Source: Chloroflexota bacterium (GTDB lineage: Bacteria > Chloroflexota > Dehalococcoidia > Lucifugimonadales > SAR202-VII-2). Taken from it: a DNA stretch of 64,000 nt. Positions 1 through 8,757 of this stretch are shown here, piece by piece. Both the position numbers and the translations under genes were made by a program. Under the pieces are notes generated by a model, which saw nothing but the letters and a program-made list of their open reading frames with translations, was not told where the DNA came from and did not search any database. The DNA is taken from the NCBI GenBank assembly GCA_003228115.1, contig QEVV01000003.1:77466-141465 (forward strand), read 5' to 3'. Each line of letters opens with the position of its first letter. The stretch's first letter is position 1.

Positions 1-513
1 AACTACGACGTGGCCCAAAACATCGACATCGATTCCAACATGGTCAAGAAGTTTGACTACTTCAGACAGGTGTGGAAGGAATGCGGGCATCCAGGCCCTA
101 TGCCCCGAACGCTGCTCATGCGCACAATTTATGTTGCGGAAACGGACGAAAAGGCACGGGCGGAGGCTGAGGCTCACGTCCCAATCGACTTCAGCCTGGG
201 CCGGGAGTTCGTCATTAACACTCGTGTCGGTATGGGAACATCCCCTCGCGGAGTCGGCAACGAAATCACACCGGACATCCAGGAGCGAGGAAGGGTCTTT
301 CGCGAGGTCGGCAAGTCCTATGATTTTGCCGTCGACAACGGAATTGCTGTGGTTGGAAGTCCAGAAACCGTGATCAAGAAAATCAAGGAACAGCAGGAAT
401 CAATGGGATTAAATGTCTACATTGGAAACTTCCATGTAGGGGCCATGCCAATGGAGCAAGTTACCAAGTCCCTAAAGCTCTTCGGAGAAGAGGTTATTCC
501 CGCTTTCAAATAG
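1..513 (+). CDS. LLM-class (luciferase-like) flavin/F420-dependent oxidoreductase, C-terminal part; 5' end lies outside the window
   Basis: Frame 1 is open from base 1. The tail ...VGSPETVIKKIKEQQESMGLNVYIGNF...LFGEEVIPAFK is typical of LLM-family C-termini. A strong hairpin follows at 544-573. Confidence 0.75.
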   Translation, partial: NYDVAQNIDIDSNMVKKFDYFRQVWKECGHPGPMPRTLLMRTIYVAETDEKARAEAEAHVPIDFSLGREFVINTRVGMGTSPRGVGNEITPDIQERGRVFREVGKSYDFAVDNGIAVVGSPETVIKKIKEQQESMGLNVYIGNFHVGAMPMEQVTKSLKLFGEEVIPAFK

Positions 514-543
514 CCCTGTATGTTAGAAGTGCCTCGGGGGATC

Positions 544-580
544 GTAGGGAGCGGCCTTATGGCCGCTCCCTACTCTTGCT
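544..580 (+). terminator. Hairpin GTAGGGAGCGGCC-TTAT-GGCCGCTCCCTAC followed by TCTTGCT; likely intrinsic terminator
   Basis: Perfect 13-bp stem with a 4-nt loop, 31 nt after the stop of the LLM gene. The outer arms GTAGGG/CCCTAC resemble the palindromic repeat family at 5316, 17853 and 30586. Confidence 0.55.
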
Positions 581-638
581 AGGGTTGAGACAATCCCGGT
601 AGGCTGAGCTGAAAGTTAACGCTTAGGGAAACAAGCCA

Positions 639-911
639 ATGCCCTGCCCGCACGCAGAGACGATCCGAGAAGTAGTGCCAAGCGCTGAGGGCTGTGAGGA
701 CTGCTTGGCTACTGGTGATACGTGGGTCCACCTGCGAATTTGCCTGAGTTGTGGCAAGGTCGGTTGCTGCGACAGCTCTCAGAACAGGCTTGCTACCAGG
801 CATTTTCAAAAAGACGGCCATCCCATCATGCGTTCCACGGAATCAGGAGAGGAAGGAACGGGATGGTGCTTCGTGGACCGGATTGGCTTAGACCTCAGCG
901 CAATGGCTTGA
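639..911 (+). CDS. UBP-type zinc-finger domain protein
   Basis: Cys/His pattern C..H...CEDC...W.HLR.CL.CG.VGCCDSS...A..H......HP is characteristic of zf-UBP proteins. 90 aa. Confidence 0.65.
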   Translation: MPCPHAETIREVVPSAEGCEDCLATGDTWVHLRICLSCGKVGCCDSSQNRLATRHFQKDGHPIMRSTESGEEGTGWCFVDRIGLDLSAMA

Positions 912-939
912 CCTTACCCACGCCTTCAGGAGGCTCGGC

Positions 940-1557
940 ATGAGACTGCTGCGCTGGGCGTTCGCGACTCAGTTTCGCCGCATAGTAGCGGGGGGCCTGC
1001 TCGTAGCGGCAATACCGGTCATCGCCTTTGCTTGGTACCTGGGCTCCCCGCTGTTCCTCAACAAAACCGTGGACGAGGAGTTCCCACGCACGGTGTCAGC
1101 CCAAATTCCGGCCGCGGTGACTCGCGCCGAGGTCGAAATGGTCATGGAGACCATGGCCAAGGTGGATAGCGAGATGGTGGAGGCCATGCCCGAAGCCATG
1201 GCCACAGCCCAAATCGTCAGCAGTGGGACGCTGAGGGATGCCGACAGCTTTCACAAGGGCAGCGGCCAGGCGACGATCTACTCCCTGCCAGAGGGCGGCC
1301 ATGTGCTTCGCCTGGAAGACATCGACGTGACCAACGGCCCAGCGTTGGTGGTACTGCTCAGCACGCATGCAGACCCGATGAACCAGTCGGAATTGAGGGG
1401 CAACCATTACATAGAGCTAGAAAAGCTAAAGGGCAACCGCGGCAACCAGAACTACGACCTTCCCGAAGGCACCGACGCGTCGCAATGGAAGTCGGTGGTG
1501 ATCTACTGCAAGCCCTTCCACGTCATCTTCAGCGTCGCACCGTTGAAGCCCGCGTAG
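940..1557 (+). CDS. DM13-domain protein with N-terminal membrane anchor
   Basis: AGGAGG lies 6 nt before the ATG. There is an N-terminal hydrophobic helix. The C-terminal segment GSGQATIYSLPEGGHVLRLEDIDVTNGPALVVLLS...VVIYCKPFHVIFSVAPL matches my recollection of the DM13 fold signature. Confidence 0.6.
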   Translation: MRLLRWAFATQFRRIVAGGLLVAAIPVIAFAWYLGSPLFLNKTVDEEFPRTVSAQIPAAVTRAEVEMVMETMAKVDSEMVEAMPEAMATAQIVSSGTLRDADSFHKGSGQATIYSLPEGGHVLRLEDIDVTNGPALVVLLSTHADPMNQSELRGNHYIELEKLKGNRGNQNYDLPEGTDASQWKSVVIYCKPFHVIFSVAPLKPA

Positions 1558-2021
1558 GCCCACGTCGTTGTCGTTGGCGGCGGTGCTCCGAGGCGGCCAC
1601 CCCTCCGAGTAAGGAACCGCAGTGCGGCCTGCTGCGTTTGTGGCCGGTGCACCACCCTGCCAGATTGCTTCGTTTGAGTACTCCTCGCAACGAAGATGGT
1701 AGGAGAGGCGGCCAACGGTCCCTCCATCTCGGGTCCCCGAACTCCGCGGCGTGGCAATGATGGTGCCGCAAGGATTCCATAACCTAAGCTGCTGCGTCGG
1801 TGGCCCACCTAGCAAACGAACGAGGGTTCAGCCCGACTCCTCAGCATAGCAATGGTCCCAATACGGAGCTTGCCGTGTGCAGGGCGCCAGCCCCGCCGGA
1901 GTTGTGGGGGTGTCCCCCACAACAAGCGTTCGAGGGTGGGCCGGGCGGGACGACGGCGTCCGCCATGCCAGCCGCTAGGCTTACGACCGGCGTAGCGAGT
2001 TCTCCAAGGCAGGCCAGCCGC

Positions 2022-3629
2022 CTATTGGATCCGCTTTTCCCTACCCTGCCACTCTTTGTCACGCAACACGAACTTCTGAATTTTCCCGGTTGCTGTTTTC
2101 GGCAGGTCTCCGAACTCGACGTACTTCGGAGCTTTGAAATGAGCGATCCGCTCGCGCGTAAAGGCGATGATGTCCTCTGCCGTGACGGCGGCATCTAGCC
2201 GCGGCACCACAAACGCCTTGGGAACCTCTCCCCACTGCTCATCAGGCACGCCCACCACGCAGGCTTCAAGGACACCAGGGTGCTCCATGATGACCTTCTC
2301 GACCTGCTGGCTGGAGATATTCTCCCCGCCTGAAATGATGATGTCCTTGGCCCGGTCCTGAAGCTCTAAGTAGCCGTCAGGATGCCAGACCGCTAGATCA
2401 CCTGAGTGGAACCAACCGCCCTCGAATGCTTTGGCGGTTGCCTCCGGTTCCAGGTAGTAGCCCTGCATCACATTGTTTCCCTGCATGACAACCTCGCCAA
2501 TAGTCGACGCGTCGCGCGGCACATCGTTCATGCTGGAATCCACAACCCTGAGGCCGGTTCCCGCGATGATGTAGGGCACGCCCTGCCGCGCCTTGACGGC
2601 TCCAAGTTCCTCGGCCGTCAGGGCGTCCCAGCTCGCCTGAGGCGCACAGAGAGTGTGAGGGCCATAGGTTTCAGTCAGGCCGTAGAGGTGCTGGATGTAC
2701 GCACCCATGCTTGCCATCGTCCGAATAACCTGTGGCGCAGGAGGAGCGCCGGCGGTGGCGATCGTCAAACCTGTGAGGTCTTGCCCCTTCGCCAAAGGCG
2801 ACGAGTACATAGACACCAAGATTGTAGGAGCAGCGCACATGTGAGTTACACCCTGCTCCTTGATGAGGCGGTAGACATCCTCAACATCGACGCGGCGCAG
2901 GCAGACGTTCGTTCCACCCACGGCAGTCACGGCCCAGGTGAAACACCAACCATTGGCGTGGAACATGGGCAAGGTCCATAGGTATGAGCTCCGAGCCGTG
3001 AGGCCCAGCTCTAGGCATTCCCCAAGGGCATTGAGGTAAGCTCCACGACCGGCGTACTGGACTCCCTTGGGCATGCCCGTTGTGCCGGAGGTGTAGTTAA
3101 TGGTGATGACATCCAACTCGGATTCGACTGCGTCTCGGTGTTCGCCCGGAAGGGCCGAATCCAAAAAGGACTCGTAGTCGGGTCCAGCAATGTCGTCCGC
3201 CTTAGGGAATATGTCGACCACCTGAACATACGTCGCCACAGACGGGACCTGTCCCCGAAGCTCCCTGATGATGGGGGCGTACTCGGAATCAAAAACAAGG
3301 ATCTTGGCTTCGCAGTGGTTCAAGATGTAGGCGATCTCAGACGCGGCAAGCCGGTAGTTCAAGGCAACCAGCACTGCGCCGATCCGCATGGGGCCGAAGT
3401 GTGCCTCAAGCATCGCGGGGACGTTGGGCAACAGAAAAGCAACGCGGTCTCCCCTGCCGATCCCGGCCTGACGCAGCGCCCCCGCCAGTCTATTGGCGCG
3501 CTCCAAAAACTGGCCATAGGTCGTACTCTGGCCGTTGTATACAATGGCCAGCTTATCCGGATAGACGAAGGCACTACGCTCGAGGAAATCGACAGGGGTT
3601 AGCTGCCGGTGGTAGACCTGATCCGTCAT
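2022..3629 (-). CDS. Acyl-CoA synthetase / AMP-dependent ligase (fatty-acid-CoA ligase family)
   Basis: AMP-binding motifs YTSGTTGMPKG, YGLTET and GWFHSGDLAVWHPDGYLELQDRAKDIIISGGENIS. GGAGG Shine-Dalgarno before the ATG. 535 aa. Confidence 0.9.
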   Translation of the reverse strand: MTDQVYHRQLTPVDFLERSAFVYPDKLAIVYNGQSTTYGQFLERANRLAGALRQAGIGRGDRVAFLLPNVPAMLEAHFGPMRIGAVLVALNYRLAASEIAYILNHCEAKILVFDSEYAPIIRELRGQVPSVATYVQVVDIFPKADDIAGPDYESFLDSALPGEHRDAVESELDVITINYTSGTTGMPKGVQYAGRGAYLNALGECLELGLTARSSYLWTLPMFHANGWCFTWAVTAVGGTNVCLRRVDVEDVYRLIKEQGVTHMCAAPTILVSMYSSPLAKGQDLTGLTIATAGAPPAPQVIRTMASMGAYIQHLYGLTETYGPHTLCAPQASWDALTAEELGAVKARQGVPYIIAGTGLRVVDSSMNDVPRDASTIGEVVMQGNNVMQGYYLEPEATAKAFEGGWFHSGDLAVWHPDGYLELQDRAKDIIISGGENISSQQVEKVIMEHPGVLEACVVGVPDEQWGEVPKAFVVPRLDAAVTAEDIIAFTRERIAHFKAPKYVEFGDLPKTATGKIQKFVLRDKEWQGREKRIQ

Positions 3630-3700
3630 GACGCCTCCGTAGCTTCAGAGTGGCTGAAGGATGCTCCTAGCGGCAGCGGTAGTATAGGCCAACCGCCGAG

Positions 3701-3715
3701 GAGCGTTCAATTTGA
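3701..3715. repeat. Degenerate half-copy (GAGCGTTCAATTTGA) of the palindromic repeat family
   Basis: Matches the GGGCGTTCAATTGA half of the 28-nt palindrome. Lies in the divergent intergenic region between the acyl-CoA synthetase and M24 genes. Confidence 0.3.
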
Positions 3716-3994
3716 CCTCACGCCGTCTTAAGGCGTAGTGCTTCAGGTTGGCGCGGGATTGCAACACTGCGCCAGGGGAAGCTCAAGATAAGCAATCCTG
3801 TTGGCGTAGCTTGCGACAAGGCATTCAACATAGGGGTGCTAGCGCCTTGCACGCCTCGAACCCCAGGCATACAATTGCCGAGCCAATCGAGGTCGACGAG
3901 CCGCTCCTGAGCGGTCGTTAAAGGCCACCAACAGAAGGGATTCCGGCATATTTTGCCTCGTCCGAGTCGATATTCCACCACCGGAGGATAGATC

Positions 3995-5257
3995 ATGGTA
4001 GATATGCTTCCCAAGCTCACTTTCGGCCCCATGTCAGCCGACTGGCAAGAGCGCATCAATATGGACCGGATGCGCCAGTATCGAGAGGCTCGCGCCCGAG
4101 CGGTAATGCGCAAGTACGAGGTCGCCGTCCTGCTTGAGGGCACGCCTGGCAACCTCAGGTACCTCACATCAACGCGGGGCTTCGAAATGCCGGGATGCCG
4201 CTACTGCCTCTTCTTTGCTGAAGGCGACACCATCATGTACGAGCACAGTGGCTGGTACCACCAGATGCCCGACCAGGCCCCCTGGATCAAAGAGTGGCGT
4301 CCGGGCCGCTCCTGGCTGGCAGGATCACCAGGGCTAGACGCCATTGCCGACGAGACCAAGGCGTACGCCAATGACATCAAAGTGGAACTCGAGAAGAGAG
4401 GCCTGCTGAAGGAGCGCATCGGTGTGGGTGGGCTCGATGGGTTTGCACGACAGGCGCTCATCGAAGCCGGTGTTACCAACCTAGTCGACAACCGCAACAT
4501 GCTTTTGGAAGCGAGGTCAGTCAAGAACCAGGACGAGATCGATTGCTTCCGCATACTGTCCGCCATGGTGGACGGCATGTGGTGGAAGGTCTGGGAGAAT
4601 GCCAAGCCTGGACTCCGCGACAATCAGCTAGGCGCCATCGCAGTCGCCGCTGGTTATGAAGCAGGGGCCGAGTTTGCGGTGCCGGGAGGCTGGCGAAGCG
4701 GGCCCATGACCTTCGACCGGGGCTTCCAGACCAGCAGCCGGATTCTTCAATTCGGCGATTTGCTCTACGGATCGCTTTGCGGCGTCACCTATCTTGGTTA
4801 TGGAAGCTGCACCTATCGCTCTTTCATCATTGGCCGAAAGCCCACGGAGAGAGAGAAGGACTGGTACAAGCAACTTATGGACGTTGTAGATGGCGTCATT
4901 AGCGAGATCAAAGTGGGCAACACCACCGCTGACGCCGCCAAGCACTTCCCGCCCGCCTCTTCGTGGGGTTACGACGAGGAGGTTGAGGTGCTGTGCAGCG
5001 AGATTGGTCACGGCATTGGCCTGGGTGGCCGCGGCGGTTACGACATGCCGATCATCAACCGACAATGGTCCTTCGACCACCCGCAAGAATTCCAGGAAGG
5101 AATGGTTATCGCTGTCGAGAGCCGGCAGGGAGTGCAACGGGTGGGAGGAGTCAGGATCGAGGACATGGTCGTTGTTACAAAGGATGGCCCGCAACTGCTG
5201 GACAACTTCCCAAGGGACGAGCTTCTCATAGCACCGTTGGCTCTTTACGGCGGCTAG
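3995..5257 (+). CDS. M24-family metallopeptidase (creatinase / Xaa-Pro dipeptidase-like)
   Basis: GGAGGA Shine-Dalgarno. N-terminal creatinase/prolidase-like domain plus a C-terminal pita-bread region (...CGVTYLGYGSCTYRSF..., SEIGHGIGL, MVIAVESRQG...GGVRIEDMVVVT). 420 aa. Confidence 0.8.
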   Translation: MVDMLPKLTFGPMSADWQERINMDRMRQYREARARAVMRKYEVAVLLEGTPGNLRYLTSTRGFEMPGCRYCLFFAEGDTIMYEHSGWYHQMPDQAPWIKEWRPGRSWLAGSPGLDAIADETKAYANDIKVELEKRGLLKERIGVGGLDGFARQALIEAGVTNLVDNRNMLLEARSVKNQDEIDCFRILSAMVDGMWWKVWENAKPGLRDNQLGAIAVAAGYEAGAEFAVPGGWRSGPMTFDRGFQTSSRILQFGDLLYGSLCGVTYLGYGSCTYRSFIIGRKPTEREKDWYKQLMDVVDGVISEIKVGNTTADAAKHFPPASSWGYDEEVEVLCSEIGHGIGLGGRGGYDMPIINRQWSFDHPQEFQEGMVIAVESRQGVQRVGGVRIEDMVVVTKDGPQLLDNFPRDELLIAPLALYGG

Positions 5258-5315
5258 AACAGTGGACTTCCCCGCTGTGACGGATTGAATCGGAGCGAAT
5301 CTCGTTGGCATACCA

Positions 5316-5343
5316 GTAGGGGCGTTCAATTGAACGCCCCTAC
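5316..5343. repeat. Perfect 28-nt palindrome GTAGGGGCGTTCAATTGAACGCCCCTAC (intergenic repeat family, copy 1)
   Basis: Read directly; identical to its own reverse complement. Sits between convergent genes. Confidence 0.9.
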
Positions 5344-5455
5344 GTTTGTGATCCGCCAACCTCTGTTATTGCCGTATGGGACCACCCCACGGAAACCGCC
5401 TTGGCTGACCCCGGCCTTCGGCGGAAAGACTTAAGCGTCGCTATCGTGGTGGCCC

Positions 5456-5971
5456 TCAAATCGCTGCCACGATGGGAGCCTCAGCGCTCCGAGGTGGCAG
5501 TTCCAGACGGCCGCTTTCGGCGTCACCCTGGCCCACCAGACCAATTCCAACGCCGATAGCTACAACCACTGCCGCCAGAGGCACAGCCCATCGCCGCATC
5601 AGGGTCGAGGAGGCCAGCAATGGCGTCCCTACACCCGTGAGCCCAAGCACCACCGCTGCAAGCGGGACAATGAATGAGATGGATCGGTTGAGCTGCGTCT
5701 CACCTATGGCGCTGAAGACGACAGTGGCGGCAAAAACGACACCCCATGCCACGCCGAACAAGAAAACACGGTTGGCCCTCCGGTTCGTCACCTTCCACAA
5801 CACACCCGCAGCGAGCCCGGCAGCGAGAGCGCCCGCCGTGACCGTTGCGCTATTGAACAAGGTATCTGAAGGTGCGTAGAGGGGAAGTTGGACCAAAGAC
5901 GCAACGATCGCAGCGATTGCGCCCGAGAATAGTCCTGCCTGAATGGGTCTTTCAATCATGCAAGCTCCCAT
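5456..5971 (-). CDS. Hypothetical integral membrane protein (about 5 hydrophobic helices)
   Basis: Long ORF with Ala/Val/Gly-rich hydrophobic segments. Directly downstream of the YceI-like gene on the same strand. No family recognised. Confidence 0.5.
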   Translation of the reverse strand: MGACMIERPIQAGLFSGAIAAIVASLVQLPLYAPSDTLFNSATVTAGALAAGLAAGVLWKVTNRRANRVFLFGVAWGVVFAATVVFSAIGETQLNRSISFIVPLAAVVLGLTGVGTPLLASSTLMRRWAVPLAAVVVAIGVGIGLVGQGDAESGRLELPPRSAEAPIVAAI

Positions 5972-5987
5972 ACTACCCCGCCTAGGA

Positions 5988-6737
5988 CTACTCGGGCCTC
6001 AGGGCCAGCAGAACTTCCACGCTGACCTCTTCCGCCACCCAAACGACTGAGATCGCCGTGGGGGCCCTCAAACTCAGCTGATCCCAGGTAAACTTGGCGC
6101 GCCCCACTGCATATACGACATCGCCATCATCCCGCGCTTCGATGTCGAAGGTCATCGGCGCCTCCACCCCTTTCACTAAGAGAATGCCGGTGACCTGGGT
6201 TGAAACCGTCTCCCCATCCGTAAAGCCCCCGGGCAAGGGCCCGACATCGTTAATGGTCAGAATAGCGCTTGGATCCCTCGGAAACATGGTGGAGCGGACG
6301 TATCGGTCTCGGAAAGTCTGGTCACTGGAAAGCTTGTGCAGGTCAATGGAAACGCTGGAAGCACGGCCATCCGGCCGAACTTCCCCTGACAGCGCCGTAG
6401 TCCTGAGTACGGCATCATTGGGTAGCGGTAGCCGTTCAAGCTGCTCCTGGACAGTGAATGTGGCCTCAGATCCTTCCCTGACCACAAACGTAATCCCTTC
6501 AACCTGACCGGTCTGCCTGAGGCCGTTGAGCGAGCCTGTTGAATCGGCGGGCGGCTGAGTAGCGGCCACTTGAGAAGATGGGGGTGTTTCTGGAGCGTCA
6601 GTTGGTACCGGCGTCGAGGCCCCTCCTGTGAAATCCGCTGCGCCAGTCGGCGAGGGCGCATCAGACGATGCGCCGCCACAGGCCACTGCCAAGGCTAAGA
6701 CCAAAAGCCCAGCCATCATCACAACCGTACGTTTCAT
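5988..6737 (-). CDS. YceI-like domain lipoprotein with Pro/Thr/Ser-rich linker
   Basis: Start chosen at MKRTVVMMAGLLVLALAVACGG (signal peptide plus lipobox Cys). The ORF-track start at 6830 is probably too far upstream. The C-terminal domain (FTVQEQL...LSGEV...VTGILLVKGVEAPMTFDIEA) resembles YceI. Confidence 0.6.
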   Translation of the reverse strand: MKRTVVMMAGLLVLALAVACGGASSDAPSPTGAADFTGGASTPVPTDAPETPPSSQVAATQPPADSTGSLNGLRQTGQVEGITFVVREGSEATFTVQEQLERLPLPNDAVLRTTALSGEVRPDGRASSVSIDLHKLSSDQTFRDRYVRSTMFPRDPSAILTINDVGPLPGGFTDGETVSTQVTGILLVKGVEAPMTFDIEARDDGDVVYAVGRAKFTWDQLSLRAPTAISVVWVAEEVSVEVLLALRPE

Positions 6738-6897
6738 GCTGACCCGCCTAGCAAGGTTCCGCGTTCGATACACTACCCAATCCACTATGAGAGCAGTTCG
6801 TGAAGAAAACATGGAGGGGATCAGAAACAAGGGCCCGGCAAAGAAGAAGGCGGGTCGCTTGACCCGCCTTCTTCTTATCCCATATCTGCATTCAGTC

Positions 6898-7971
6898 CTA
6901 CTTGATGTCGTAGAACTCTATCGCATTGTCCCAAAGAATACGCTCGCGGCTCTCTGGCTTCAGCCGTTCGTCCTTGAGGAAAGTCTGGAGCGCGTAGATC
7001 TCCGTCGAGGAATCGGAGTGACCGTAGTCGGTGCCAATGAGCAACCGGTCGTCCCCGGCGTACTTGTATACCTGCTCAAGGTCGTCATTGAGCTGAACGG
7101 TCACCCAAATATTGTTGTCCGTCAGCGGCCTTTCTTTCATCTGGCCGCCGCGCCGCTCTAAACGGCGCTTGAGATCGTTGAACATATAGGGAATCCAGTC
7201 AGCGCTGAACTCGATGATGCCCCATTTGGTTTTGGGGAACTTGTCCGGAATTCCAGTCATTATCAGTGAATGAAAAGCGGAAAGGCCGCTGAATTTGTTC
7301 CGCTCAAATGCGGTCAGCGGATCTTCCCAGATGGTATCGATCTCAAAGCTGCCTGTTCCCGAGTGCGGGCAGATGGGCATGTCCAGCTCCCCAGCCCACT
7401 CGAAGAGCGGGAACCAGTACGGATCATGGATGAGGCGGTTGCCCGTCTCCACGCCCCGTAGGTTGATGGCAACCGCGCCGTTGTCCTTGCTGAATCGAAG
7501 TTGGCGCTCTGCCTCTTCCAAGTCCAGCGTTGGTATGACTGCAGACCAGCGGAAGCGGCCCTTTCCCTGGGCGTAAATATCAGCCATCCAGCGGTTGTAG
7601 CTGCGGCAGAGGGCAACCTCTTCAGCGGGGTTGGTCGTGATAGGGCCTGTCCACAGCGACGGATAGAGGATCTGCACATCGGTCCCCATCTCATCCATGT
7701 GGCGCACGCGGGCTTGAACATCCAACATGAACTTGGACTCCACCGGCAAGCCAACGTTGCCCAGGAAGAGACCGAAGCTCTGATCATTGTCACCGGTCCC
7801 CGGCCAAGACGTCCGCATGGCCTTCCCGCCGATGATCCAATACTTAAAGACCTCGCCACTGGCCACGGTCTTGAAACTTGTTCCCGGTTTGAAGTGGCGC
7901 TCTGAGGGGTCCATGTATTCCCACGTCTCGTCTATTTCGATAACGTGGGCGTCAGAGTCGATAATAGGCAT
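6898..7971 (-). CDS. Amidohydrolase-2 (ACMSD/metal-dependent hydrolase) family protein, paralog 1
   Basis: N-terminal MPIIDSDAHVIE metal-binding motif. GGGAGGTG Shine-Dalgarno. Alignable by eye over its full length with the 9941-11008 product. Confidence 0.85.
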   Translation of the reverse strand: MPIIDSDAHVIEIDETWEYMDPSERHFKPGTSFKTVASGEVFKYWIIGGKAMRTSWPGTGDNDQSFGLFLGNVGLPVESKFMLDVQARVRHMDEMGTDVQILYPSLWTGPITTNPAEEVALCRSYNRWMADIYAQGKGRFRWSAVIPTLDLEEAERQLRFSKDNGAVAINLRGVETGNRLIHDPYWFPLFEWAGELDMPICPHSGTGSFEIDTIWEDPLTAFERNKFSGLSAFHSLIMTGIPDKFPKTKWGIIEFSADWIPYMFNDLKRRLERRGGQMKERPLTDNNIWVTVQLNDDLEQVYKYAGDDRLLIGTDYGHSDSSTEIYALQTFLKDERLKPESRERILWDNAIEFYDIK

Positions 7972-7988
7972 CTTGCACCTCCCGCGTT

Positions 7989-8744
7989 CTACTTCTCGAT
8001 ATAAGCGTCGGCGCTATCCAGAGGCTCAAAGCCAATGGCTTGCTTTGAATAGCTCAAGTCCACTGTGCCCCATTTGTTGTTGGACCCAATGTTGACGACA
8101 ATGTACTTTTCGTTCGGAGGTTTGTCCAGACTCCTCTCAATGCCCTGGGCGGCATCCCGCTGACTCACCCAGCGGGAGTAGTCGCGAACACCCCTCATAG
8201 GCCGGTCCTCAGCCCAGACTCGCCCGAAACGCAGGCAAACGGAAGAGATGTCATGGGCATCGGCATAGTATCGAGCCAAGGTTTCCAGCCAGACCTTTGT
8301 GCAGGCATACATCCGGTCCGGCCTGTAGGGCATATCCGTGGTGACCATTGGCCAAGACTCCGGCACGTTGTCGTAATTGCCGTCAATGATCGACTTGTAA
8401 GGCTCGTCCAAGGAGTAGCCTTGCGCCACGGTGCCGCTACTAGCGCTCACCATTCTCTTTACGCCGGCGCGCCGCGCTGCCTCGTAGACGTTGTACGTCC
8501 CGGCGACGTTGATGCGGAGCATGTCCTCCCACGGCCCTTCGATGAGGAAGGCCAGGTGAACCACAGCGTCTATGCCTTCAAAGGCGGGGAGAATGGCGTC
8601 TAAGTCTCCAATATCGGCAACATGGGATGGCATACCCTCAACCGCTTTTATATCCAGGCAGGACATCTCATATTTTCCAGCCAGAATGCGGCGGGTTGCT
8701 GAGCCAATAAGGCCCGCCCCACCCGTTACCAGAACTTTCTGCAT
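7989..8744 (-). CDS. NAD-dependent epimerase/dehydratase family (extended SDR) protein
   Basis: Rossmann motif VLVTGGAGLIGS at the N-terminus. YxxxK-like YACTK motif. 251 aa. Confidence 0.85.
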   Translation of the reverse strand: MQKVLVTGGAGLIGSATRRILAGKYEMSCLDIKAVEGMPSHVADIGDLDAILPAFEGIDAVVHLAFLIEGPWEDMLRINVAGTYNVYEAARRAGVKRMVSASSGTVAQGYSLDEPYKSIIDGNYDNVPESWPMVTTDMPYRPDRMYACTKVWLETLARYYADAHDISSVCLRFGRVWAEDRPMRGVRDYSRWVSQRDAAQGIERSLDKPPNEKYIVVNIGSNNKWGTVDLSYSKQAIGFEPLDSADAYIEK

Positions 8745-8757
8745 TGAAACTCCCTAC

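Noticed and set aside
1600-1720. Cobalamin-riboswitch-like fragments (AAGGAACC, GGTGCACCACCCTGCC)
   Set aside because: The B12 box and the GCCACTG element are missing. The region lies between two convergent 3' ends with no downstream gene to regulate.
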